Shown here in pieces: positions 19,770-29,151 of a DNA stretch of 64,000 bases. The position numbers and the translations under genes were made by a program. This DNA is from an uncultured Actinomycetes bacterium (GTDB lineage Bacteria; Actinomycetota; Thermoleophilia; UBA2241): contig CAVRZA010000006.1 of assembly GCA_963725665.1 (NCBI GenBank), positions 96,001 through 160,000 on the forward strand. The letters run 5' to 3'. Within the stretch, counting starts at the first letter, position 1. Each line of letters opens with the position of its first letter. The notes below the pieces were generated by a model. The model worked only from the letters and a program-made list of their open reading frames with translations. It searched no databases and had not been told where the DNA came from.

Positions 19770-20864
19770 CTAGTGCTGCCCGAGCCAGGGCAGCGCCGTG
19801 ATCGGCTTCCAACCGGGACTGAACGGCTCGCGCAGGAACGGCTCCATGTCGGCCGCGGTGCGGAAGGTCGTCTCTTCCACCGGCGGCACCGCGCCCGGCG
19901 GGAAGACCTCGAGGATCTCGTCGACGATCGACGTCAGGTAGCGGCAGACGGCCGCCACCGGACGCTTCGCCTTCTCGGCGTCGCCGAGCGTAGGCTTGCC
20001 GACGACGCCCTCCGGCGTGCCGAAGAACTCGATGGCGAAGTGACCCTCGCCCTCCGACCAGCGTTGCGGGCGGTTCATCCCGTCGACCGAGTTGTTGAAA
20101 TGTCCCGTTGGCAGGTAGTGCTTGGTCTCGGTCTCGACCGCGTAGCTCATGTCGACCATCTCGGGGAAGAAGAGCAGCCCGACCGACGTCTCGGCCTCGT
20201 CGGCGTGTATGAACTGCGTATCCCACTCGCCGCCCATGTCCTTGGTGCGGAAGAAGTCCTTTACCGAGCGGTGCCAGTCCATGACGCGGTAGATGCCGGG
20301 GAGCTGGTAGCGCTTGAGGAACTTGTGCAGCGCCGTCTCCAGCATCCACAGGTGGCCGTGGTTGTTGACGATGATCTGCTTGCGGAAGCCGTCGTTCCAG
20401 AGGCCCAGCATGACGTCGACGAGTGTCTCCTCGACCACCTCCTCGCGCAGCATCACGGTGCCCGGCATGCCGAGGTGATGGTAGGGGTGGCCGCCGTACA
20501 TGAGCGGCGGCAGCGCCAGGGCGACCGGGGCGCCACGCTTGGCGGTGTAGCGGCGCACGGCCTCGCAGATCTGGCTCACAAAGAGCGTGTCCATGGCCGA
20601 CACCGTGTGGCGGCCGTGGTTCTCGGTACAGCCGACGGGGATCAGGACGACGTCGTTCTTGCGCCGCTGCTCCTCGACCAGCGCGCGGATCGTCGTCTGC
20701 AGGTAGCTGCCCGGCTTGGCCCACTCACAGGGAGAGGGGATGCCGTACTCCTCGAGGATGCCGTCGATCTGCTCCTTGTCGGCCTCCCAGAGCTCTTTGA
20801 ACAGGCGCCCGACCTGCGAGTCCTCGAACCAGAGGTCGGGGCGATTCGTGGACAAGAGCGCCAT
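19770..20864 (-). CDS. iolN: 3-dehydro-scyllo-inosose hydrolase-like (creatininase family)
   Basis: IPVGCTENHG, HPYHHLGMPGTV, WNDGFRKQIIVNNHG, FIHADEAETS, PEGVVGKPTLGDAEKAK. Matches recalled Thermotoga IolN, with an N-terminal extension of about 50 aa. Confidence 0.8.
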   Translation of the reverse strand: MALLSTNRPDLWFEDSQVGRLFKELWEADKEQIDGILEEYGIPSPCEWAKPGSYLQTTIRALVEEQRRKNDVVLIPVGCTENHGRHTVSAMDTLFVSQICEAVRRYTAKRGAPVALALPPLMYGGHPYHHLGMPGTVMLREEVVEETLVDVMLGLWNDGFRKQIIVNNHGHLWMLETALHKFLKRYQLPGIYRVMDWHRSVKDFFRTKDMGGEWDTQFIHADEAETSVGLLFFPEMVDMSYAVETETKHYLPTGHFNNSVDGMNRPQRWSEGEGHFAIEFFGTPEGVVGKPTLGDAEKAKRPVAAVCRYLTSIVDEILEVFPPGAVPPVEETTFRTAADMEPFLREPFSPGWKPITALPWLGQH

Positions 20865-20876
20865 GCGACTACCTCC

Positions 20877-21839
20877 TTAGACTGTGGCTGGGATGCCGGC
20901 ACTGCGCCGCGCGAGCAAGGTGCGAGCGGCGTCGGCGATGTGATGGGACGTGAGCCCGTACTTCTCGATGAGCGCGTCGTTCGACGCCGATTCGCTGTAG
21001 ACGTCGGCGATACCGACGCGCTTCATCGGCGTCGGGCGATACTCGCCCAAGGTCTCGGCCACGGCGCCGCCGAGGCCGCCGATGATCGTGTGCTCCTCGG
21101 CGGTGACCACGAGGCCGGTCTTCTCGGCGGCGGCGACGATAGCCCCGACGTCGAGCGGCTTGAGCGTCGGCACGTGCAGGATGTGCACGCCGATGCCCTC
21201 CTCGTGCAGGGCGTCGGCCGCCTCGACCGCGCGCCCCAGCATGATGCCGGTGGTCATGACGGTCACGTCGCCGCCCTCGTGCACGACCACAGCGGGGCCG
21301 ATCCTGAAGTCGTAGTCGTCGTCGAAGACGACAGGGCAGGGGTCGCGGGTGAGGCGCAGGTAGACGGGGCCGTCGTGCTCTGCGACGGCGAAGACCGCCT
21401 TGCGCGCTTCGACGCCGTCGCCCGGCGCCACGACGGTCATGTTGGGCATGGCCCGCATGATGGCCACGTCCTGATGGGCCTGGTGGGTCTTGCCGCTCTT
21501 GCCCACGAAAAGGTTGGCGTAGGCGCCGATCACGATCACGTGGAGGCGCGGCTGCGCGATCGAGATCCTGATCTGGTCGAGGGCGCGTTTCGTGGCGAAG
21601 CAGGCGAAGGTGTCGGCGAAGGGGACGAACCCCATGGTGGCCATGCCGGCCGCCACGCCCATCACGTTCTGTTCGGTGACCCCCATCTGGAAGAAACGCT
21701 CGGGATAGGCGGCTTCGAACATGTTCGCCTTGGTCGAGGAGGCGAGGTCGGCGTCGATGACCACGACGCGGTCGTTCTGGGCGCCGAGATCGACGAGCGC
21801 CTTACCGAAGGCGTCGCGCTGGGCCATGAGCTCAGGCAT
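20877..21839 (-). CDS. Transketolase C-terminal (pyrimidine-binding) subunit
   Basis: DADLASST, MGVTEQN, TFACF, THQ..QD, GPVYLRLTR, KPLD, EEHTIIGGLG. Confidence 0.9.
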   Translation of the reverse strand: MPELMAQRDAFGKALVDLGAQNDRVVVIDADLASSTKANMFEAAYPERFFQMGVTEQNVMGVAAGMATMGFVPFADTFACFATKRALDQIRISIAQPRLHVIVIGAYANLFVGKSGKTHQAHQDVAIMRAMPNMTVVAPGDGVEARKAVFAVAEHDGPVYLRLTRDPCPVVFDDDYDFRIGPAVVVHEGGDVTVMTTGIMLGRAVEAADALHEEGIGVHILHVPTLKPLDVGAIVAAAEKTGLVVTAEEHTIIGGLGGAVAETLGEYRPTPMKRVGIADVYSESASNDALIEKYGLTSHHIADAARTLLARRSAGIPATV

Positions 21840-22680
21840 GAGGCGTCACCGCCGCCGCGCGCAGCTCGGCCAGCGCCTGTCTCATCTGCTCCTCGCTGAC
21901 CAGGGCCGAGTGCCACAGGTGCGTGTTCTCCATGAACGAGACGCCCTTGCCCTTGATCGTCTGAGCGACGATCACGCAAGGGCGTCCCTTGGCGGTCTTC
22001 GCCTCCTCGCAGGCGGCCACGATCGCTTCGACGTCGTGGCCGTCGTCGACCTCGATCACGTGCCAGCCGAAGGCCCGCCACTTGTCGGGTATGGGCTCGA
22101 CCGGCATGATGGCCGCCGTGTCGCCCATGAGCTGGATGCGGTTGTCGTCGACGATCGCCACCAGGTTGTCGAGCTCGTATTTGGCGCCCGCCAGGGCGGC
22201 CTCCCAGACCTGGCCCTCCTGCAGCTCGCCGTCGCCCAGGAGCACGAAGATGCGCACCTCGTCGCGCTTGTCGAGGCGCGCCCCGAGCGCCATGCCGACA
22301 CCGGCCGACAACCCCTGGCCGAGGGAACCCGACGACATGTCGACCCCGGGGGTGTGGACATCGGGATGACCCTGGAGGACGGAGCCGATCTCGTCGTAGG
22401 TGGCGAGCGTATCCGCCGAGAAGTAGCCGCGCTCCATGAGCGCGACGTAGTAGATCACCGCGGCGTGGCCCTTGGAGAGGATGAACCGGTCGCGGTCCTC
22501 CCACTCCGGATCCGCCGGATCGACGCGCATGACCTTGAAATACAGGGCGGCCAGGATCTCGGCCACACTCAATGAGCCGCCAGGGTGTCCCCCTTGGGCG
22601 CGCCAGAGGGTCTCGATCGTCAGGCGCCGCATGCGGTTCGTCAGCTCGACGAGTTGCCCGTCGCTGTCCCCTGGCTCCAT
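21832..22680 (-). CDS. Transketolase N-terminal (TPP-binding) subunit
   Basis: GGHPGGSLS, DRFILSKGH, QGHP, GSLGQG, GDGELQEGQVWEA, TIKGKGVSFME..WH. Confidence 0.92.
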   Translation of the reverse strand: MEPGDSDGQLVELTNRMRRLTIETLWRAQGGHPGGSLSVAEILAALYFKVMRVDPADPEWEDRDRFILSKGHAAVIYYVALMERGYFSADTLATYDEIGSVLQGHPDVHTPGVDMSSGSLGQGLSAGVGMALGARLDKRDEVRIFVLLGDGELQEGQVWEAALAGAKYELDNLVAIVDDNRIQLMGDTAAIMPVEPIPDKWRAFGWHVIEVDDGHDVEAIVAACEEAKTAKGRPCVIVAQTIKGKGVSFMENTHLWHSALVSEEQMRQALAELRAAAVTPHA

Positions 22681-22735
22681 ACGGACCTCCCCGTCGCCTG
22701 CACGAGACCGCGGACGTCTCCCTCCGACTGCGATG

Positions 22736-22805
22736 TTCCGTCTAGCGGTACGCTACTCCGAAGAACGGAACGCCCGTATCCTACCGAGTCCGTCCGCAAA
22801 TGCAA
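22736..22805 (-). promoter_or_regulatory. Promoter and tandem operator of the transketolase-iolN-iclR-iolO operon
   Basis: Minus strand TTGCAT(22805-22800)-16 bp-TAGGAT(22783-22778), then TTCCGTTCTTCGGAG (22770-22756) and TACCGCTAGACGGAA (22750-22736). Confidence 0.62.
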
Positions 22806-22942
22806 GCGGGCCGCCACCGGTGTGTCTCTCGCCGGACCGCAGTGGTTTCATCAGCGAACTCGCGAGGCATCCGTAGCCGTTGCGATCAGGTGATCCTTGC
22901 CACAGTGCTACACGGCGCCAATGAGGCCGGGCCCACGCACAC

Positions 22943-25849
22943 TCAAGCTGTCGACTCGTCAACCAGGTAGACGAGTGATTCAAACGGACGACCGGTCCGG
23001 TCGCTGAGAACGATCTCGCAGGTCTTGGCGAAGGAGTAAGCGCCATCGAAGGTGCGACCCCGTATCTCTTCGGCCTCATCATGGACTGCGGCGTCGGCAA
23101 GATCTGGGTAGAGGAACCCGCGGTCGCCGCCGGCGCCACAACAGCCCAGGCTGGTAGGAATGGTCACCTCCTCTGCGCAGGCTGCGGCTATCGCCGAGAT
23201 CTTGCCGCCCAGCACCAGTTCCGTGCAGGCACATGTGGGGTGCACGAGCACGCTCCTCCTCCGCCGCTTGATCTCCAGGCGAGCCAACACGTCATCGTGC
23301 AGCCACTCGGCGAGATCCATGATCCTCAGCTGCACGTATCGCTCCTGGTTCGCATCGCTCAGGAGTCGCTCGTGCGACCCGAACTTCTCCCTCTCGAGCT
23401 CGACCAGCATCGTGTGTGCACACGACGTCACGTCGCACATGATGGGCAGTTCGCCACCCTCACTCCAGCGCCAGAATGCCTCCACGAGGCGATTTGCCAT
23501 GATCGCGTGTCCGGCCCGGAACCCCTTGTGCTCCCAGATCTGGCCGCAGCAGAGCCCGGAGGTGTCATCGGGCAGGCGCATCGCGATTCCCGCCCGGTCT
23601 GCGACGCGCAGGATGGTAGCCATGACGCTGTCCTTTCCCAGGCCGGAGGAGCCGAGGATGCGACTCACGCAGGCAGGAAAGTAGACAAGCTGTGGGTCAG
23701 CCGGCTCGTGGCTCACGCGAGGAGGGGCCTTGCTGATGGAGCGAGACCACTGTGGCACGTCTGGGAGAAGCCGGCGCGCGGCGGTGGTGACCCAGGGCAT
23801 CACCCCGTCACCGAGTCTGCTGTCGATGGCGCATCCCGCACTGACGCCACGCCGCAGTACCTCCTCCACCGTCCCGAAGCGACGGGCGGCGAGGCTCATC
23901 AGGTGCTCAAGCGATGAACCGTGCGCCTCGGCACGCTCGTGGTCGGTCAGATACGCGGTGTTGATGCCCGATGGGCATACCGTCCCGCACAGCCCGTCGG
24001 CCACGCATGTGTCTCTTCCGTCGTAGGCGAACTCGTCCCACAGCGAGGCGGCCTGCTCCAGGGCGCCGTCCTCCACCAGCTGGAGATGCGCCCGATTCGC
24101 CACCACGCGTTGGCGAGGCGTGAGCGTGAAGACCCGCGTCGGGCAGACACGCTCGCAGAACCCGCACTCGACACACCGGTCGACGGTCTCGTCGCCGATA
24201 CTCGGTACCCGCTTGATGTTGGCCAGGTGGGTCCGGGGATCGTCGGTGAGCAGCACACCCGGGTTCAGAAGGCCGCCCGGGTCGAGCAGGCGTTTGACCT
24301 CCCGCATGACTGCCACCGCCTCCTCACCCCATTCGCGGGTCAGGAAGGGCGCCATCGCACGCCCCGTGCCGTGCTCGGCCTTGAGTGATCCTTCAAGGCC
24401 GAGCACGAGATCGGCCAGGTCATCTATGAAACGGCCGAAGTGCCCCACGCCGGCGCTGGTGCGCAGATCGTCCAGCGTGATGAAGTGCACGTTGCCGCTC
24501 GCCAGATGTCCGAAGATGAACCCGCTGTCCGTGTAGTCGTACCTGGCGAAGAGCTCGCGAAGCCCGACGATCAGGTCGACCAGCCGCTCAGGCGGGACGG
24601 CCACGTCTTCCACGACCACGCTCGTGTGTGGTGGACGAGTGGCGGCGACCAGCATGTACATGGCAGACCGCAGAGCGAACCACTGCTCGCGGATCGATGG
24701 ATCGGACGTGAAGGGCTCGTGGGCGACGAGGTCGAAGTTGGCGATCAGCCTCTCGGCTGACGCCAGCCGCTCTTCGAGCTCCTCAGCGCGGTACTCGACC
24801 AGGACGGCGGTCGCGTCGGCAGGCAGCTCGTCGAGGTAGGCCGGCGCTCCCGGCTGACCGCTCCACGAGCGCAGGCAGGCCCTGTCCATCAATTCGACCG
24901 TGGCGGCGCCGTCGGCGGCGAGCGCGCTCACGGCGGCGACGCCATCGGTGACCGTCGGGAAGAAGAGGAGACGAGCTGCCCACCGCGGATGCAGGGGGAC
25001 CGTGTCGAGCACGGCCGATGAGATGAAGGCCAGAGTGCCTTCGGAACCGATCAACAAGCGTGCGAGGATGTCGATGGGCTCAGCGGCGTCGAGGAACGAC
25101 CGCAGCCCGTAGCCCATCACGTTCTTGATGCGGTACTTGCGCCGGATCGTCTCAACCAGGTCAGCGTCGCTCCGCACACGATCGCGCAGCGTCTGCAGCC
25201 CACTGCAGATGGCCTGCTGCTCGACCGTGAAGCGCTCCCGGTCAGCCGCGGTGGCCGTGTCGTAGCGGCGGCCGTCCGCCAGCACGAACTCGAGCGATCG
25301 CAGCGTGCCGTATGAATCGCGGTCGACTCCGGACTGCTGACCTCCCGAGTTGTTGGCCAGCACGCCGCCCATCATGGCCGCATCGGCTGACTCGGGGTCG
25401 GGGCCGAGCTTCCGGTGCAGCGGCTCGAGCGTGCGGTTGACCTCGGTGACGGTGACACCGGGCTGGCACCACACTACCGCTCCACCGTCGCGAACCTCGA
25501 GGCCCTTCCACGCCTGCCGAAGCTCGGCGACGATACCCGTGCCCAGGCTTTGCCCACACAGCGACGTGCCGGCGGCACGGAACGTCACCGCAACCTGCTG
25601 AGCTCGAGCGACGGCGAGCAGCCGCTGCACTTCCTCAACCGAGGACACGCGCACGACCGCCTGCGGAGGGTAGTCGTAGTAGGATGCGTCGCGGCCGTAG
25701 ATCCTCCGATACAACTCGCTGACCTTGACCGCACTAGAGGAAGTTGCGTCCACCAGCGCCTGTTCAAGTGCATTCGACGCCGACGAGATGACGGCTCTCG
25801 AACGCGCTTGCGAGACGCCTGGCTGACTGCTGGTCACTTCCTCTCCCAA
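22943..25849 (-). CDS. FAD-binding and Fe-S-binding oxidoreductase (Dld-II D-lactate dehydrogenase-like)
   Basis: FRAAGTSLCGQ, GPDPES, ANNSGG, GSEGTL, LKAEHGTGR, CVECGFCERVCP, CVADGLCGTVCP, two CCG domains. Confidence 0.9.
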   Translation of the reverse strand: MGEEVTSSQPGVSQARSRAVISSASNALEQALVDATSSSAVKVSELYRRIYGRDASYYDYPPQAVVRVSSVEEVQRLLAVARAQQVAVTFRAAGTSLCGQSLGTGIVAELRQAWKGLEVRDGGAVVWCQPGVTVTEVNRTLEPLHRKLGPDPESADAAMMGGVLANNSGGQQSGVDRDSYGTLRSLEFVLADGRRYDTATAADRERFTVEQQAICSGLQTLRDRVRSDADLVETIRRKYRIKNVMGYGLRSFLDAAEPIDILARLLIGSEGTLAFISSAVLDTVPLHPRWAARLLFFPTVTDGVAAVSALAADGAATVELMDRACLRSWSGQPGAPAYLDELPADATAVLVEYRAEELEERLASAERLIANFDLVAHEPFTSDPSIREQWFALRSAMYMLVAATRPPHTSVVVEDVAVPPERLVDLIVGLRELFARYDYTDSGFIFGHLASGNVHFITLDDLRTSAGVGHFGRFIDDLADLVLGLEGSLKAEHGTGRAMAPFLTREWGEEAVAVMREVKRLLDPGGLLNPGVLLTDDPRTHLANIKRVPSIGDETVDRCVECGFCERVCPTRVFTLTPRQRVVANRAHLQLVEDGALEQAASLWDEFAYDGRDTCVADGLCGTVCPSGINTAYLTDHERAEAHGSSLEHLMSLAARRFGTVEEVLRRGVSAGCAIDSRLGDGVMPWVTTAARRLLPDVPQWSRSISKAPPRVSHEPADPQLVYFPACVSRILGSSGLGKDSVMATILRVADRAGIAMRLPDDTSGLCCGQIWEHKGFRAGHAIMANRLVEAFWRWSEGGELPIMCDVTSCAHTMLVELEREKFGSHERLLSDANQERYVQLRIMDLAEWLHDDVLARLEIKRRRRSVLVHPTCACTELVLGGKISAIAAACAEEVTIPTSLGCCGAGGDRGFLYPDLADAAVHDEAEEIRGRTFDGAYSFAKTCEIVLSDRTGRPFESLVYLVDESTA

Positions 25850-25886
25850 TTCGCAACCCCCGTATCTCGCCCTTCTCCGTGTGTCG

Positions 25887-26903
25887 TCAGTCGTCGATCT
25901 CCAACCCGGCCTCGCCGACCCAGCTCATCATGCTGCGGAGCTTCTTGCCCGTCGTCTCGATGAGCATCTCCTTGCCCTGCCGCTGGAGTGCCGTGTACAT
26001 AGGGCGCCCCGCCTGGTTCTCGAGGATCCACTCACGCGCGAACTCGCCGCTCTGGACCTCGGCGAGTAACTCGCGCATCGTGGCGCGCACATGATCGTCG
26101 ATGAGGCGGGGGCCGCGGGCGAGGTCGCCGTACTCTGCGGTGTCGCTGATGCTGTAGCGCATGCCGGCGATGCCCTTCTCCCACATCAGGTCGACGATCA
26201 GCTTGAGCTCGTTCAGGCACTCAAAGTAGGCGATCTCCGGCTGGTAGCCGGCCTCGACGAGCGTGTTGAAGCCGTTGATCACCAGCGAAGTCATGCCGCC
26301 GCAGAGGACGGCCTGCTCACCGAAGAGGTCGGTCTCGGTCTCCTCGGCGAAGGTGGTCTGGATGCCCCCGGCGCGCAGGCCGCCGACGGCGCTGGCATAG
26401 GCGAGCGCCTGGGCGAAGGCGTTGCCGCTGACGTCCTGGTAGACGGCGACGAGGACGGGCACGCCCTTGCCTTCGACGTACATGCGCCGGAAGATGTGCC
26501 CCGGGCTCTTCGGGGCGACCATGCTGACGTCGACCGTCGGCGGCGGCACGACCTGGTTGTAGTGAATGTTGAAGCCGTGCGCGAACATCAGGGTGGCCCC
26601 GTCCTTCAGGTTGGGGGCGATGTCGCTCTTGTACACGGGGGCGTGTAGCTCCTCCGGCAGCAGCATCATCACGACGTCGGCGCGCTTGGTGGCGTCGGCG
26701 GCGGTGAGCACCCCGAAGCCAGCCTTCTCAGCACGCGTCGCGTTGGGCGTGCCCGGCAGGTCGCTGACAACCACGCTCACACCGCTATCGCGCAGGTTCT
26801 GCGCGTGGGCGTGTCCCTGACTGCCGAAGCCGATGATGGCGACCGTCTTCCCGGTGATAAGACTGAGGTCCGCATCGCTTTCGTAGTACATGGGTCTCTC
26901 CAT
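25887..26903 (-). CDS. ilvC: Ketol-acid reductoisomerase (short form)
   Basis: [70 protein letters not shown]. Confidence 0.93.
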   Translation of the reverse strand: MERPMYYESDADLSLITGKTVAIIGFGSQGHAHAQNLRDSGVSVVVSDLPGTPNATRAEKAGFGVLTAADATKRADVVMMLLPEELHAPVYKSDIAPNLKDGATLMFAHGFNIHYNQVVPPPTVDVSMVAPKSPGHIFRRMYVEGKGVPVLVAVYQDVSGNAFAQALAYASAVGGLRAGGIQTTFAEETETDLFGEQAVLCGGMTSLVINGFNTLVEAGYQPEIAYFECLNELKLIVDLMWEKGIAGMRYSISDTAEYGDLARGPRLIDDHVRATMRELLAEVQSGEFAREWILENQAGRPMYTALQRQGKEMLIETTGKKLRSMMSWVGEAGLEIDD

Positions 26904-27177
26904 CCTTTCGTGAGTATCCGGGCCGCGCGGTCCACGCTGAGGCTCATCCTCCACGCTGAATAGGCTAGCAGACCCGCAGCTACTACGTGGGCCTCCGCCG
27001 GCGCAAGCTCACCGAGGAGGGCTGGTTCGTGCCCGCGAGCGGGTTTTGGAACCCCTCAGGCCAGAATCGGATTCCGGACCCCTACGCGTTTCCGCAGGTA
27101 GACAGACGAATCGACTGCTGGAGTCCCGTGCCTGCGGGCCAGAATTCAGGCATCAGCGCCGGCTTGTCGCTCCGCAC

Positions 27178-28182
27178 TTAGCGGACGTCGGCGAGTTCGA
27201 CGGCTCGGCCCGACGTGGCACTCTCGACGATCGCTTCGAGCACGGCGGCGACCTCCAGAGCCTCCGGAGCCCCGACCTCGGGCTTGGTCCCACCGCGGAC
27301 GCAGCGCGCGAACTCCGCGAGCTCGTCTTCAACCGTGTCGAGGGACTCCACGTCGAGGGGGTTTCGAATCGCCTCTCCGGCCCGCTGAACGAACAGCTTG
27401 ACTCCGTCTTCCTCGTTCCATGCGTTGCCCTCTGTGCCATAGACGCCGAGGGAGACGACCGGCTGGGCGAAGTACGACGATGTGATCGACCCGACGGGGC
27501 CACGCTCGTATTCGATGAGGAGCGCCGTCGCCTCGTCGAGCTTCGTCTTGCCGACCACCTGCTTGCTGAAAGCGACCACGCGCTTGGCGGGTCCCGCCAG
27601 GTAGTGGAAGGTGTCGACGGTGTGGATGCCGAGCGCGGTCATGGCGCCGGCCGGGCACTCGGCGGGGTCGAGGCGCCAACCCGCGATGGCCGTCCCTCCG
27701 GCCGCAGGGTGGGTGTGGACCCCGTCGAGCTGCAGCAGGATGCCCAGCTCGCCCGCGTCGATCATGGCCTTAATGCGCCGGTTGGCCGGCTGTCGGCGGC
27801 GGTTGTGCCCGACCTGGAGAACGACCTTGGCCTTCTCCGCCGCCTCCGCTGCCCGTCGCGCGTCGGCCACAGTGAGCACGAGCGGTTTCTCGACGAAAAC
27901 GTGCTTCCCGGCCGACGTCGCTTCCTCCACCAGCCCAAGGTGTGTGGAATGGGGGGTCGCGATGAGGATGGCTTCCACCTCCGGATCGTCGAGCATCGCC
28001 GCGAGGCTCTCCGCAGCCCGACAACCGTGCTCGGCGGCAAAGGCGTCGCGCCGCTCGGGAGCGAGGTCGAAACACGAAACAAACTCGGCAGCACCGCTCT
28101 TGCCCGCCGCGGCCACCCGCATGCCGCCAAACCACCCGACGCCGACCAGACCGATCCGGACCTTCTCCTCCTGCATCGTCAC
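27178..28182 (-). CDS. Gfo/Idh/MocA family oxidoreductase
   Basis: GLVGVGWFG, IATPHSTH, GKHVFVEKP, VGHNRR, GIHTVD. Confidence 0.9.
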   Translation of the reverse strand: MTMQEEKVRIGLVGVGWFGGMRVAAAGKSGAAEFVSCFDLAPERRDAFAAEHGCRAAESLAAMLDDPEVEAILIATPHSTHLGLVEEATSAGKHVFVEKPLVLTVADARRAAEAAEKAKVVLQVGHNRRRQPANRRIKAMIDAGELGILLQLDGVHTHPAAGGTAIAGWRLDPAECPAGAMTALGIHTVDTFHYLAGPAKRVVAFSKQVVGKTKLDEATALLIEYERGPVGSITSSYFAQPVVSLGVYGTEGNAWNEEDGVKLFVQRAGEAIRNPLDVESLDTVEDELAEFARCVRGGTKPEVGAPEALEVAAVLEAIVESATSGRAVELADVR

Positions 28183-28988
28183 CGACCTCCTTCGCCGATT
28201 GTGACTGTCTTCCGCTTCCGCTTGGCTCCCGGCCCCCGCTCTGATGCCCCCTGCTTCCTGGGTCCTTCCCTGTCGCCTGCGGTGGAAAGCCGCTCCTCCT
28301 CATCCGTCATCTCGATGGACATCGCCGAATGGCCCGCGAGCGCCGCCGAGGCCTTCTCGACATCCCTCGCCCGGCAGGCCACGATGATGGCCCGGTGGAC
28401 CTCGTTCGCCTTGCGCCGGATCTCCGGGTGCCACCGCTGCGCCTGGGCCACGTAGAGGGTGGACGCTTCTTCCAAGCCCTTCAGGATGGCGGTCAGGCGC
28501 CTCCCACCGGTCGCCTCGTAGAAGACGAAGTGGAACCTGAGATTGAGGTCCACCCAGCTCGCCAGGTCCGTTTCCTCGTCCATCTGGTCGGCCAGGGCCT
28601 CGGCCTCACGCAGATGCTCATCGGTGATCCCATGGACTGCCAGCTCCACGACCAGTGGCCTCAGTTGCTCCTGGATCTGAGCGATCTCCTCTATCTCCTG
28701 CCAGTTGGGCTCCCGCACCGTGCCGCCACGATTCCGGTCCAGCGTGATCAGCCCGGCGCCCGCGAGGTCGCGGAGGGCCTCGCGGATGGGAGTCGTACTG
28801 ACCCCGAGCTGAGCGGCGAGATCTGCCTGGATCAGTCGAGCCCCGCCAGGCATGTCGCCCCGGAGGATGGCCCGGCGGAGGGTTTCCTTCGCGAAGCCCT
28901 GAGCCGTCCGCCAGTTGTCGAGGCTTGGCAGGACCTCCATGCCACCGGCACCCTCGCCGATCCCGTTCCCGCGCGCGTCCTGGTTCAT
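28179..28988 (-). CDS. GntR (FCD) family regulator
   Basis: LRRAILRG.MPGGARL, LAAQLGVSTTPIREAL, NLRFH...H..I. Confidence 0.9.
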   Translation of the reverse strand: MNQDARGNGIGEGAGGMEVLPSLDNWRTAQGFAKETLRRAILRGDMPGGARLIQADLAAQLGVSTTPIREALRDLAGAGLITLDRNRGGTVREPNWQEIEEIAQIQEQLRPLVVELAVHGITDEHLREAEALADQMDEETDLASWVDLNLRFHFVFYEATGGRRLTAILKGLEEASTLYVAQAQRWHPEIRRKANEVHRAIIVACRARDVEKASAALAGHSAMSIEMTDEEERLSTAGDREGPRKQGASERGPGAKRKRKTVTIGEGGR

Positions 28989-29076
28989 CTGAGGCTGTCC
29001 CCTTCTTATCTGAGCTGTCCCCTTCTTCTCTTGGCCCTGCCCACCGTGTACCGGCCAAGGATTCTAGCGGAATGCT

Positions 29077-29101
29077 TGCATCGTGTATGATACATCATGC
29101 A
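29077..29101. promoter_or_regulatory. Near-palindromic candidate GntR operator
   Basis: TGCATCGTGTAT-G-ATACATCATGCA in the divergent gntR/M24 intergenic region. Confidence 0.55.
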
Positions 29102-29151
29102 CTCAGAGCAACTCCACAGTCATACTCGCTCTTCCCAATCAGGAGGCGTCC

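Noticed and set aside
608-21899. Long ORFs antisense or out of frame to real genes (e.g. 608..2038+, 8141..10150-, 19452..21899+)
   Set aside because: Shadow ORFs typical of high-GC DNA; they lack motifs and overlap well-supported genes.
20877-22680. Split TPP enzyme as a pyruvate-dehydrogenase-E1-like quinone dehydrogenase of the resorcinol pathway
   Set aside because: Motifs (SKGH, GSLGQG, GDGELQEG, KGKG) are transketolase-type and there is no E2 or E3 gene.
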